IMG/VR virus record: IMGVR_UViG_3300038808_000006
Location: 1-43,915 of that record
Direction: 5' to 3' (one strand)
Length of the DNA: 43,915 bases
Source: a virus
Taxonomy: Duplodnaviria > Caudoviricetes
Shown: positions 1 to 8,731 of the stretch, piece after piece
Numbering within the stretch: position 1 is the first letter of the stretch
Layout of the letters: the number at the start of each line of letters is the position of its first letter
Translations under genes and position numbers: made by a program
The notes under the pieces: generated by a model
Databases searched by the model: none
What the model was told of the DNA's origin: nothing
The model's input: the letters and a program-made list of their open reading frames with translations, nothing else

Positions 1-59
1 CGCTCAATTCGTGCAATGCAGGCTTCGATCTCCCGCAGCGTCTGCGCGTCAGCGGTCAT
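1..59 (-). CDS. Phage hypothetical protein, runs off window (MTADAQTLREIEACIARIE...)
   Basis: ATG at 59 overlaps stop of upstream gene (ATGA); GGAG RBS. Confidence 0.55.
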   Translation of the reverse strand, partial: MTADAQTLREIEACIARIE

Positions 60-283
60 GTTGCGTCTCCATCTCGAAACAGGTGGGGATGATGAGCGCG
101 CGCCACATGAGCAAGCCACGGCGCGCGGTGCGTGATTGTAAGCCGCCCAATCTGCCAGCGCAGTGCGTTGGCCAATCGGAAGCGTGCGAAGTATGAGGCG
201 CCGGTGCTCCATTCAATTTGCAACAGCTTCGCTTTCGGAAGTCGTCTCCGCTGCGCTCGCGTAAGTGTCTGCGCGTCAGCCAT
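56..283 (-). CDS. Phage hypothetical protein (75 aa)
   Basis: ATG at 283 with AGGAGG RBS, overlapping the upstream stop; coupled operon. Confidence 0.6.
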   Translation of the reverse strand: MADAQTLTRAQRRRLPKAKLLQIEWSTGASYFARFRLANALRWQIGRLTITHRAPWLAHVARAHHPHLFRDGDAT

Positions 284-455
284 TGTCGGTGCCCTCCTGC
301 GCGGCGAGTGCGGCTTGCCATGAGGCCCAAGCTGCATGTGTAGCAACACTGGCGTAGTAGCCCTGTCTATCGCGGCTAAGGCAATAATGTTGGCTTTGCG
401 CCCACGCCTCAAACCGCGCCCGCTCCGCAGCCTCGTGAGTAGAATCAGTGGTCAT
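276..455 (-). CDS. Phage hypothetical protein (59 aa, ERARFEAWA...AWASWQAA type)
   Basis: Internal ATG at 455 with GAGAGG RBS; motif typical of small lambdoid early-left proteins. Confidence 0.65.
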   Translation of the reverse strand: MTTDSTHEAAERARFEAWAQSQHYCLSRDRQGYYASVATHAAWASWQAALAAQEGTDNG

Positions 456-618
456 CGTAAAGAGCCTCCTCTCCTGCCCCATCTCGTGCGATGTCCCTAA
501 CGTTTTCCAAAGCCTTACGAAGCGCGTTGAGACGAGGATGCTGGTCTTCCTTTATCTCATTCAGCACGACCTCGATGTCCTGTATCAGACGCCACAACTC
601 GCTATAGGGTCCGTGCAT
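445..618 (-). CDS. Phage hypothetical protein (57 aa)
   Basis: TAATG coupling with the upstream ORF at 618. Confidence 0.6.
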   Translation of the reverse strand: MHGPYSELWRLIQDIEVVLNEIKEDQHPRLNALRKALENVRDIARDGAGEEALYDDH

Positions 619-1577
619 TACTTTCCCTCCCCCTTCGCGGGCTTGGACAGCAGGGCGCGGATGAGGTAGGCGCAGGTTTCTGCCGACAGGGCCGCGACCA
701 TCCTCATATCTCTGCGGCACAGCATCGCCTCATCCCGGCAGATACGAGCGGCCTCTTCCAGCGCATCCCTCCTGATCTGCGCCGCCTGCTCCTGCCACGG
801 CGGGGTGGTGCGCGCGCCAATCGCGGCGTCGATCAGGTTCTCCAGCGTCTCAGTCTCTTCCTCCACTCCCTGCGCGGGCGGGGTGGCGAGGGCGGCGAGC
901 CTTGCATCGATAGCAGCGATACGATCACGAGTGCTGCCGTCCAATCGCGCCCCATAGCCGAAGTGGTTGCTGAGACGATTACGCTCCTCTTCCAGCCGCT
1001 CCCGCTCCCCCGCCGCCGTGCTGGGCGCGGTCATGGCGCCTGCTCCTGCCAGGGGCACGTCTATGGACAAGGATTGCTCAAGGGCTTCGTCAAACCATGC
1101 CCCTGCATCGACCGTGCGTCCGGCAACTCTTGAGGAACGATCCTCTGGATGCTGCGCGGGCGGATTTCTTGCCGGGCAGTCACACTCACGCCCCGCCATT
1201 CCTAGGCCGTTGTGCGACCGCTCGCAGTCGCACAGGTTCTTAGGCTGCGCGGGCGGGGTGGCGAGGGCGGCGTTGATCCGTGCGCGCAAGCCTGCTGGAC
1301 AGTAGTTCTTGCCCACGAAATCCCGCGCCTCGCGTAGCGCCGCAGCTAGACGTGCCTCCCGCTTCCCCATCGCCGTGCTGGGCACGGTGGGGGCGGCGGT
1401 GCGGAGATAATGCACCGCGTCCAGAAGGTGCAGCGCGCCAGTCTTCGGCGGCGTGGAAGCCAGCATTTCGCGAGCCCAGGCTTCCAGGCGATCCGCCGTC
1501 TCTGCGGCACTCAGAATGGGCGCCATCTGCCGCTCCCCGCTCACGCTGCGGTCCTCCCCGGTGGTGTGGTGGGTCAT
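618..1577 (-). CDS. Mosaic phage early protein with repeated ALATPPAQ and PSTAxGxRE junctions; possible internal start at 1034
   Basis: 319-aa ORF coupled (ATGA) to the MTase gene; internal DNA repeats. Confidence 0.65.
   Translation of the reverse strand: MTHHTTGEDRSVSGERQMAPILSAAETADRLEAWAREMLASTPPKTGALHLLDAVHYLRTAAPTVPSTAMGKREARLAAALREARDFVGKNYCPAGLRARINAALATPPAQPKNLCDCERSHNGLGMAGRECDCPARNPPAQHPEDRSSRVAGRTVDAGAWFDEALEQSLSIDVPLAGAGAMTAPSTAAGERERLEEERNRLSNHFGYGARLDGSTRDRIAAIDARLAALATPPAQGVEEETETLENLIDAAIGARTTPPWQEQAAQIRRDALEEAARICRDEAMLCRRDMRMVAALSAETCAYLIRALLSKPAKGEGK
870..1272. repeat. Identical 28-bp direct repeat (870-897 and 1245-1272), partial third copy 1152-1163
   Basis: ctgcgcgggcggggtggcgagggcggcg read twice in the sequence. 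Confidence 0.9.
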
Positions 1578-2467
1578 GCTGCGTCTCCAATGTCGAACAG
1601 ATCACCAGAATTGCTCTCGGCGGATGCCAGGTTCCTGCACGCCTGCCGCCAGTAGCTCTCCTTCAACTCTACCCCGATGAACCGCCTCTTGGTTCGCAGC
1701 GAACACCAGCCCTCCGATCCGATCCCCAGGAACGGCGACATAATCACGTCACCTGGGTTGCTCCACATGTGTAGGGCGCGTTCGATCACGTCCAACTGCA
1801 GCGGGCAGAGGTGCTTTTCGTCAGCCTGCTCCTTGGCAGCCTTCACGTTGAGCGTGCGGGTCTGGTTGACCGTCATCCACACCGGAGATGCCCACTCCTG
1901 CCATTGACTGACAGGGAATTCCTCCGCTCGATGCGTGATCGGCTCAGCGTTCTCGCCCGGCTTGCGAAACACCAGGAGATAGTCCGGCATCCCCATGCGG
2001 CTTCGCCCGCTGTCGCTGCGGAGTTGCTTGTAGAGCAGCCCCAGTGCCTTGGTGCGCGTCATTTCCACCACGGGGCACTTCCAGATCGTCACCCTCGAAT
2101 GCAACACCCATCCCGCCGCCTCATGCAGCCGGATGATGGTCCCGGAAAAATCCTTGATCCCGATCTCGCCGTCCCGCCACTTGGTCATGGGCAGATCGGA
2201 GCAATGAACCGCTGTTAGGCGGCCCGGCTTGGTCAAGCGGAACTTCTCGCGGACCTCGTAGGCATAATGCGTCTCGAACTCGCCATCTGTCGCGCTATTG
2301 CCCATGTCGGCTGCGCTGTCTGAATACACGAACAGATTGCCAAACGGCGGGCTGTAGACCGAGAAGCCAATGCTCTCGGACGGCAGCTGACTTAGCACAT
2401 CGACGCAATCGCCATGGATCGCCGTCCAGTTGTTACCACTGGCGCTGTTCAGGCAACGGATAGCCAC
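1574..2467 (-). CDS. DNA methyltransferase, N4C/N6A, beta class
   Basis: GDC, catalytic SPPF before SAM-binding SPFLGIGSEG, H-x-CP, GVELKESY. Confidence 0.9.
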   Translation of the reverse strand: MAIRCLNSASGNNWTAIHGDCVDVLSQLPSESIGFSVYSPPFGNLFVYSDSAADMGNSATDGEFETHYAYEVREKFRLTKPGRLTAVHCSDLPMTKWRDGEIGIKDFSGTIIRLHEAAGWVLHSRVTIWKCPVVEMTRTKALGLLYKQLRSDSGRSRMGMPDYLLVFRKPGENAEPITHRAEEFPVSQWQEWASPVWMTVNQTRTLNVKAAKEQADEKHLCPLQLDVIERALHMWSNPGDVIMSPFLGIGSEGWCSLRTKRRFIGVELKESYWRQACRNLASAESNSGDLFDIGDAA

Positions 2468-3819
2468 GCGGGAGCCTCCATCAGATGGGTGGGTCGGTAG
2501 GGAACTTTGATCTCTGCCGCGCTGCTCGTGGCGCGGCGCATGGCGTCCGCCATCGCCCGCTTCATCCGGGCATGGTCCTCGCTCTTGCGGTCGATCACGC
2601 GGCCGATCTGGTCCTCTCCCTCAGCCACGATGATGTGGCAGTAAACCGGCTTCCGCTGCCCAAAACGCCAGCAACGGCGGACGGCCTGATACCATGCCTC
2701 ATAAGAAAATGACCTTCCGACAAATGCCATGTCGGAACAGTGCTGCCAGTTCAAACCGAAGCCGCAGATGACAGGCTTGCTGATCAGTACACGCAGGTTG
2801 CCCGATGCGAAGTTGGCCAGCGTTTCTTCTTTCTGCTTCGGAGTGTGCGATCCGCGCACCTCACCAGCACCGGGGATCGCCTTTGCCAGCGCGTCGGCCT
2901 CGTAGTCGGTGTCACACCAGACAACCCAGGGGCGGTCATTGCCGTTGGCTAACCCGGCTACCATCGCGGCCCTCGCATCGGCGGTTTCCCGCTTCACCTG
3001 ATGCAGCGAGGTCGCGCTGATATCCGCAGCGAACAACTCGCCGGCAGGCGCCCGGACATCGCCGGCAGCCCGGTGCCGATCCACACGCAGAGGCGGCAGG
3101 ACGTAGGATGACGCGTCGTGACCGAAATCTGCCGGTGTCTCTGCCATACGCGACCATGACACCATCCAGTCCCAGAACGCAGCTTCTCCGTGGCGTTTTA
3201 GACGCCAGGACTGCGATGCCGTGGAAGTGTCGTTGATGAAGAACCGCATCAGCATCTCGGTCGCAGTCATGATGCCCAGGAATTCGGCGTGTGTGCCTAG
3301 CTCCATGTGGTCGTTGGGCGCGGGAGTGGCCGTGGCCGCCATCCTGAACCTATGGTGCGAGAATGCCTCGATGAGTGAGCGAGTGGTCTTGCCGTTGAAG
3401 CTCTTGATGATGCTGCTCTCGTCCAGCGCAACTGCGCCGAAAGAGCCCGGCTCGATGCGGTCAAGCCGGTCGTAGTTGCAGACGTTGATCCCCGGACCGG
3501 CATCGGACTGGTCTGCGATCTGCCGGACCTCGTAGCCGAACTGCCTGCCCTCGCGCACGATCTGCGCCGCAACCGCCAGTGGCGTCAGGATCAGCGCTGA
3601 TCCGTTCGTGGCTGCGGCGGCGTGCTTCGACCATTCGAGTTGGCAGAGCGTCTTTCCGAGCCCTGTGTCCAGGAACAGCCCGAAGCGGCCCTGGCGCAGT
3701 CCGAACTCGACACAATCCCGTTGGTGCGGGAACAGTGCTGGGTTCAGATCAGGAACATGGTCCAACCCAGATGGGTGTGCCTTCGGTGCCTTGCCGGCGA
3801 TGAAGTCGATGTAGCTCAC
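2449..3819 (-). CDS. SNF2-like SF2 helicase
   Basis: Walker A DTGLGKT, DESS, ATATP, GFGLNWQ, QAVRRCWRFGQ. Confidence 0.88.
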   Translation of the reverse strand: MSYIDFIAGKAPKAHPSGLDHVPDLNPALFPHQRDCVEFGLRQGRFGLFLDTGLGKTLCQLEWSKHAAAATNGSALILTPLAVAAQIVREGRQFGYEVRQIADQSDAGPGINVCNYDRLDRIEPGSFGAVALDESSIIKSFNGKTTRSLIEAFSHHRFRMAATATPAPNDHMELGTHAEFLGIMTATEMLMRFFINDTSTASQSWRLKRHGEAAFWDWMVSWSRMAETPADFGHDASSYVLPPLRVDRHRAAGDVRAPAGELFAADISATSLHQVKRETADARAAMVAGLANGNDRPWVVWCDTDYEADALAKAIPGAGEVRGSHTPKQKEETLANFASGNLRVLISKPVICGFGLNWQHCSDMAFVGRSFSYEAWYQAVRRCWRFGQRKPVYCHIIVAEGEDQIGRVIDRKSEDHARMKRAMADAMRRATSSAAEIKVPYRPTHLMEAPAWLSVA

Positions 3820-4433
3820 GCCTGCTCTCCCTTGGCGCGGGCGAGGGCGGCGCGGGCTTGGTCGAGAGCGTTCTGCACGCTGTCTCCGACACTCAGTTTT
3901 ACCTTCCGCGCCAGGGACGCCGTGTTGATGCAGTCAAGCTCCCATGTGATTTGTGAGAGAGCCTTTCTGAGCGCCGCGTTCACCTCGCGGAGGTGGGTCG
4001 CCTGCTCGCCCTGGTTCATCAGGAGGGCAACGGTCTCTGCCGCATCCTCGCCCACGTATTCGAGCACCTTGCAGACCGGGAAGCCCAGGCTGAACGACGT
4101 GCTGCCGTCAGGCTTGTCGTGCTGAACCGGCGCTTTGTAGACCAAGCCATCACGCGCGTAGTAGCGGCCGTCCGTGTGCTCACTCGCCATGGCCGGTCTC
4201 CTGGGGGTGGGTGGTGGTGGCTCGGGCGCTGCGGCTCGGGCGCTGCGGCTTGGGCGTGGCTTTATTGGCGGGCACCCCATCAAGCGCCGCATCTCGTTAA
4301 ACTCGTCCCACGTCATGTGAACGTTGGCGCCACCGTCCACCGTGCTCGGCACCACATCACCAACCCAACGGATGGCTTGCTCCAGCGCCTCAACCCGCGC
4401 CGCCAGATCCAGCAGCCTCTTCGCCTCACTCAT
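3816..4433 (-). CDS. Phage hypothetical protein; possible second in-frame start at 4190
   Basis: ORF coupled to neighbours; AGGAG RBS before internal MASEHT. Confidence 0.6.
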   Translation of the reverse strand: MSEAKRLLDLAARVEALEQAIRWVGDVVPSTVDGGANVHMTWDEFNEMRRLMGCPPIKPRPSRSARAAAPEPPPPTPRRPAMASEHTDGRYYARDGLVYKAPVQHDKPDGSTSFSLGFPVCKVLEYVGEDAAETVALLMNQGEQATHLREVNAALRKALSQITWELDCINTASLARKVKLSVGDSVQNALDQARAALARAKGEQA

Positions 4434-5358
4434 CCGCCCCTCCCGTGCTCTCCACGGCGGCCAGCGCGTCGGCGCGGTCGGTGGTCAGCGCTGTCAGTTC
4501 GTCCCAGAGATCCGCCGGCACCGCAGCCTGGTGCTCCCGCATCGCCGTGGACCACTGCTCGACCGCCTCGTAGGTGGCGAGCTTGCCCAGCACCTCGGCG
4601 GCCTTCTCCAGCCACTTGCCCGGCGAGACGGCGCGGGTGGTGCCCTGGCTGTCGATCAGCGGCAGGCCCTGCGTGCGCTGCTGCTGGACGTGCTCCAGGA
4701 GGCCGCCGGCTTGCGTGGGGCGGGCGTTGCCGTCGATGGTCGGCCCGCGCGCTGCTGGCATAGCATCGGGCGGGAGAACCTTGCCCTCCATCTCCTCGGC
4801 TGTCGGCTCGCCACCAGTCTCTTCCGGGAATGCCATGCGAAGGGCCTGGGCCTCGGTGCATTTCGCAAGCTGGCCATAGGGACGCTTTGCCCACATTGCA
4901 TTGGGCTCGTCAGTGTCGCGCTTCTTGGTCGCGTAGTTCTCCTTCCAGTACTCCTTCGCCGTGAATTCGAAGACTTGCCCAGCGATAATCCGCCTGACGG
5001 TCACACGGCACCAGGAGGGGTAGGTCACGGACCGGGCGCCGAGCTTCTCGGTCACGTCAGGCCCGTACTCAGGCTCGCTCTTGCCAGCGTAGTTCCCGGT
5101 CCGCGCTGCTTGGATGCGGTAGAGCGGGATGCCTGGCATCACCACGTCACGCATCGAACCAGACTTCTGGTCCCAGACCGGCACTATGTGCACCGGTTTC
5201 AGCATAGGATCGAGACCGCGGGCTGCGCAGTAGGAGAGCACCATGGCCACGCTGTCATCGGCCGCGCCGGGATAGAGACTGTGCTTCAGGACGGCCATGG
5301 CGTCCTGGCTGACACGCTCGACGGCGAGGGCGCCGCCGGTCTTGGCGATTGCGTTCAT
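4426..5358 (-). CDS. bet: Phage recombination protein Bet (RecT/Redbeta single-strand annealing family)
   Basis: YCAARGLDPMLKPVHIVP, GIPLYRIQA, MWAKRPYGQLAKCTEAQALRMAFP. Confidence 0.88.
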   Translation of the reverse strand: MNAIAKTGGALAVERVSQDAMAVLKHSLYPGAADDSVAMVLSYCAARGLDPMLKPVHIVPVWDQKSGSMRDVVMPGIPLYRIQAARTGNYAGKSEPEYGPDVTEKLGARSVTYPSWCRVTVRRIIAGQVFEFTAKEYWKENYATKKRDTDEPNAMWAKRPYGQLAKCTEAQALRMAFPEETGGEPTAEEMEGKVLPPDAMPAARGPTIDGNARPTQAGGLLEHVQQQRTQGLPLIDSQGTTRAVSPGKWLEKAAEVLGKLATYEAVEQWSTAMREHQAAVPADLWDELTALTTDRADALAAVESTGGADE

Positions 5359-5870
5359 GCCTTCACGGGCTCCTTGACCCGCACGGAAAGCACCGCGCGG
5401 CTGTTGTTCAGACTGGCGCCGCTGACGGCACCCTTGGCGAGCGCCGCTTGAATGGCGCGCTTATCCGGTTCCCGGCGTATCCGGCACATCTCGTCCGGCA
5501 GCGCGTCCGGGTCGGTCACGACCACGCTGGGGCGGCCCTCGCGCAGCTCCGCGATGTGGAAGCCGGACACCACCGCTGGTGCGCCGGTCTCAGTCATCGC
5601 TTCCTCCAGCGCCGCCCGCAGCGTCTCCCGCAGCGTCTCGGCGTCGCGCCGGGCGGTGACGGCGGCCTGCTCCGCGCTCTTGCACAGCGCCACGTCATCG
5701 TCGGCAGCGACCACGGCGGCGAGCATGCGGCTCATGGCGGCGTCCATGTCGTGCGCCGATTGAATATCGTCCAGCACGGCGAACAGCGCGTCCGAGGTCT
5801 GGTGCCGCAGCAGGACCGTGGATGCCACGTCGCGCAGACGGTCCCGGATCTGGTCGGAGAAGCGGCTCAC
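5355..5870 (-). CDS. Siphovirus Gp157-like protein
   Basis: PSVVVTDPDALPDEMCR...EPDKRAIQAALAKG...GASL; adjacent to bet; GTG start inferred. Confidence 0.75.
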   Translation of the reverse strand: MSRFSDQIRDRLRDVASTVLLRHQTSDALFAVLDDIQSAHDMDAAMSRMLAAVVAADDDVALCKSAEQAAVTARRDAETLRETLRAALEEAMTETGAPAVVSGFHIAELREGRPSVVVTDPDALPDEMCRIRREPDKRAIQAALAKGAVSGASLNNSRAVLSVRVKEPVKA

Positions 5871-6037
5871 AGCACCCACTCCACGGCGGCCCAGATCAGC
5901 AGCGCCCACATCAGCAGCCCCGCCGGGATCGCGTGCGCCAGGCCGCGCCAGACGTTGCCGGGAGGGATGCTGCCGGTCGATGCGTAGGCGGTGGCCTGTT
6001 GCCAGCAGGTCGGGCGGATCACGTTTTCAGCGGACAT
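5867..6037 (-). CDS. Small membrane protein (56 aa), not in ORF track
   Basis: MSAENVIRPT...GLLMWALLIWAAVEWVL; overlaps both neighbours; AGGAG RBS. Confidence 0.6.
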   Translation of the reverse strand: MSAENVIRPTCWQQATAYASTGSIPPGNVWRGLAHAIPAGLLMWALLIWAAVEWVL

Positions 6038-6200
6038 CGTTCTGCTTCTCCTGGATGCGGGCCTCGGTGGCGCGGATGTTCTCGGCGATGCGCTCGCGGT
6101 GGAGCTTTTCGCGGGTTGTGGCGTACAGCCGGCGCAGGGCGGCGAGTTGCATCTCGTCCCAGAACTGCGGGTTCCGGATGTTGGCGAGGGGGTCGGACAT
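6027..6200 (-). CDS. Phage hypothetical protein (57 aa), not in ORF track
   Basis: MSDPLANIRNPQFWDEMQLAALRRLY...; TGATG coupling; GGAGG RBS. Confidence 0.65.
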   Translation of the reverse strand: MSDPLANIRNPQFWDEMQLAALRRLYATTREKLHRERIAENIRATEARIQEKQNDVR

Positions 6201-6430
6201 CAGATCGACGCCTCCATCTCGTCCAGCGCGGCCTTCAGGGCCATGCTTGCGACCTTGAGCGACACCTCCAGTCGCTCCAGGCTGGCAATCCCGCCCGTGG
6301 CTCTGGCGCAGTCCAGGCGACGCCGGAGCTTGCCCAACAGGTCGCCGAGGTCATCATGCAGAGCGTCTGCTTCGGACATCAGGTCGTCTGCCGTCTCGAT
6401 CCGCGTGTTGATGCGTTCGATGAAGCTCAT
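6200..6430 (-). CDS. Phage hypothetical protein (76 aa, helical)
   Basis: Coupled ORF in the left operon. Confidence 0.65.
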   Translation of the reverse strand: MSFIERINTRIETADDLMSEADALHDDLGDLLGKLRRRLDCARATGGIASLERLEVSLKVASMALKAALDEMEASI

Positions 6431-6431
6431 A

Positions 6432-6596
6432 TCACAGCATCCCCATGATCAGCCCGCCGAGCGCATACGGCACGGCGACGGCGATGGTGGTGAGGGAAGC
6501 GGCCGCCAGGGTCTGGACAAGACGCAGGGCAAGCCGGTTCTTGGACTGGTGAGTGGCGCGATCGCGACGCTGGCGCTTTGTCAGGTAGCGAGGCAT
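6432..6596 (-). CDS. Small basic membrane protein (54 aa)
   Basis: ATG at 6596 coupled to upstream stop, GGAGG RBS; C-terminal hydrophobic helix. Confidence 0.55.
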   Translation of the reverse strand: MPRYLTKRQRRDRATHQSKNRLALRLVQTLAAASLTTIAVAVPYALGGLIMGML

Positions 6597-7162
6597 CACA
6601 CCCTCCGACCCGGCTTGGACGACACCTCGGCCGGCGCGTTCTGGCGCTTCATCTGCTCGACCACGCCCACGCACTCCAGCATGTTCACCGTGGCCGCCTT
6701 GGTGCCGGTCATGTTGACGTTCAGCACCTCGCCGCTGGGCAGGATCAGCCGCGCGGACGTGGCGTTGGCGAAGTCGCGCAGGAAGTCGATGGCCGATGCG
6801 TCGTCGCGCTTCACGAGGCCGCCGGTCCCGCGAGAGGAACCGTCCGGCTCCAGCTCCTTGAACTGCACCGTGTGCGTCCTGGAGCCGATCACCATCACGG
6901 CCAGGCCGGTCAGGTTGGCGACGGAGCGGCCATGCACCACGTAGGAGACCACCACGCCGATCCGTGGCGCCGCGGCGAACAGCAGCTCCACCGGGTTGCC
7001 GTCCGTGTTGCGGCCCTGCGTGCCCATGGTGCAGATCGGGCCGACGTCGCTCAGGCTCAGGCTGGCCACCCACTTGCCGGTGGGCTTGCTCCAGATGGTC
7101 TCCGCACCGGCCGGGGCCGTGATCGCGAGCGCCGCAGCAGCGGCAAGGAGGAGGCGGCGCAT
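6596..7162 (-). CDS. Secreted/periplasmic protein (188 aa)
   Basis: Sec signal peptide MRRLLLAAAAALAITAPAGA. Confidence 0.75.
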   Translation of the reverse strand: MRRLLLAAAAALAITAPAGAETIWSKPTGKWVASLSLSDVGPICTMGTQGRNTDGNPVELLFAAAPRIGVVVSYVVHGRSVANLTGLAVMVIGSRTHTVQFKELEPDGSSRGTGGLVKRDDASAIDFLRDFANATSARLILPSGEVLNVNMTGTKAATVNMLECVGVVEQMKRQNAPAEVSSKPGRRV

Positions 7163-7914
7163 TAGGCGGCGCTCCCCTCAATGAGCGTGACCAGCCTGTC
7201 GGCCTGCCACTGGCGTTCGGCAGCCCTGGCCGCATCACTGGCTGCAGCCCAGGCTGCAGCCCAGGCCGCAGCCCAGGCCGCATCCCTGGCCGCAATCCTG
7301 GCCGCAGCCCAGGCCGCAGCCCAGGCCGCAGCCCAGACCGCAGCCCAGGACGAATCCCTGGACGCATCACTGGCCGAATCCCTGGCCGCATCCATGGATG
7401 CAGCCCTGGCCGCATCCCTGGACGCATCCAACTCTTCCAGATTGATCTCGCCTCGCGCATAGGCGCGGGCCGCCTCGATCGCCTGACGGGCAACGGCAAC
7501 ATTGCCGCCGTCCCGCTCAATGATGAAAAGCACCCGCTCGGCGCAATCCGCCGCAAAGAGACGTAGAGCCTTCGGTGTCAGCGTGCCGACGGGGCGGATC
7601 AATCGCGCGCTGGAGAAGGAAGCCTTGTCATCACCGTCCGCATCGCTGTCGCCCCGGCCCTCGGCCAGGAACACGATCGCGCCTTTGCGTATCCATTCGA
7701 TCAGGCCAGTATGCGTCGCAAGGTGCCAGCCTCTCACACAGGCTTTCGGGTCCTCTATGGGCGCGGTCCAGTCGCCGGGAGTGTGACTACCGTCCTCATT
7801 CATCACCGGCAGCGGCCAATGGGTGATCGGAGCTCCGCCCGATCCATGCGTGCGGCCTTCTGCCGTCAGGACTTTGTAGAAACGCGGCGCTTCGGTGGTA
7901 GCGGTCTCGCTCAC
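7162..7914 (-). CDS. Phage protein with Imm5-like helical segment and AA(W/R/S)(A/D) tetrapeptide repeats
   Basis: LRLFAADCAERVL...ARQAIEAARAYARGEI followed by AAWA repeats; N-terminal C-x-x-GWH motif. Confidence 0.7.
   Translation of the reverse strand: MSETATTEAPRFYKVLTAEGRTHGSGGAPITHWPLPVMNEDGSHTPGDWTAPIEDPKACVRGWHLATHTGLIEWIRKGAIVFLAEGRGDSDADGDDKASFSSARLIRPVGTLTPKALRLFAADCAERVLFIIERDGGNVAVARQAIEAARAYARGEINLEELDASRDAARAASMDAARDSASDASRDSSWAAVWAAAWAAAWAAARIAARDAAWAAAWAAAWAAASDAARAAERQWQADRLVTLIEGSAA
7222..7430. repeat. Degenerate 12-bp tandem repeat (ggccgcagccca-like) encoding AAWA/AARD
   Basis: Periodic units seen directly. Confidence 0.85.
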
Positions 7915-7994
7915 TTGGGCTGCTCCATCAGCGGGTGGGTGGGAAGTAGGGGGTTAGATCGCGCTCGGCTGGTTCAGCGCGGCGGCAAGGCGGG

Positions 7995-8639
7995 TCAGTG
8001 GATGCGAAAGTTCAGCTCGATGAATGTCATGTCGCTGTCGAGTTCGCAGGCGATGGAAGGCGCTGCTGCGTATCCGTGAGACGATCCGTACACATTCATG
8101 TATCGACGGAGTTGCGTCATGGCAGCGCGATCGAAGACATCACGCTTGACTTCGACAGGTCGCTTCTCGCCATCGACCATGACAAGAAAGTCGCACAATC
8201 CACCTACGAGCTTCTTCTCGTTGAGAAGCACCGCGTTGGGTAGAAGCGTTCCGATGTTTGCCGAGAAGTACGGTTGAGCAAGACGAAGCTCATGCGAATG
8301 ACGCGCGATGCGAGACTGAGTGGCCCCAATGAAGGCCCATTCCAGTTCACGCAGCGTGTCGCCGATAGCAGGATCATGGAACATCGGCGCGAACGCCGGG
8401 TTATCGCGGACCTGAAGAACGGACCGAAGGCTTTCGCTTGGGTCGTCCTGTAGAGATGCCTGCGCATACAGGGTTGCTATGCTGCCGACAGTCGCGACCT
8501 CCATGACCCTCTTGAGGCCGAGGTGGTCAAATGCATCCTGCAGCGACTGATGCAACTCGCGGCCATCGACGGCCTGGACGGTCTCGCCGCCGATGTCGGC
8601 GTCGTGGACCGGTACGATCTGGCTGGACGGGGTGGGCAC
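7995..8639 (-). CDS. Chimera: AntA/AntB antirepressor N-terminal stub fused to a PD-(D/E)XK (NucS/RecB-like) nuclease domain
   Basis: IGGETVQAVDGRELHQSL at N-terminus; CDFLV...VEVK...QLRRY at C-terminus; GTG start with GGAG RBS. Confidence 0.7.
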   Translation of the reverse strand: MPTPSSQIVPVHDADIGGETVQAVDGRELHQSLQDAFDHLGLKRVMEVATVGSIATLYAQASLQDDPSESLRSVLQVRDNPAFAPMFHDPAIGDTLRELEWAFIGATQSRIARHSHELRLAQPYFSANIGTLLPNAVLLNEKKLVGGLCDFLVMVDGEKRPVEVKRDVFDRAAMTQLRRYMNVYGSSHGYAAAPSIACELDSDMTFIELNFRIH

Positions 8640-8672
8640 TGTCTGGCTCCATGCCGGGTGGCGATGGAGCAT

Positions 8673-8724
8673 ATTAGCGATAATAGCTAAGGGCAGGTCA
8701 AGCAGTTTTAGCGAAAAAAGCTAA
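8673..8724 (-). promoter_or_regulatory. PL promoter (TTGACC-N17-GCTAAT) with two 17-bp operators (8674-8690, 8708-8724)
   Basis: ttagcgataatagctaa and ttagcgaaaaaagctaa; -35 at 8701-8696. Confidence 0.8.
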
Positions 8725-8731
8725 GGCGGCG

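Noticed and set aside
6432-7556. 374-aa ORF with PGLR repeats
   Set aside because: Alternative frame of the AAWA repeat gene; only the last 54 codons look like a real gene
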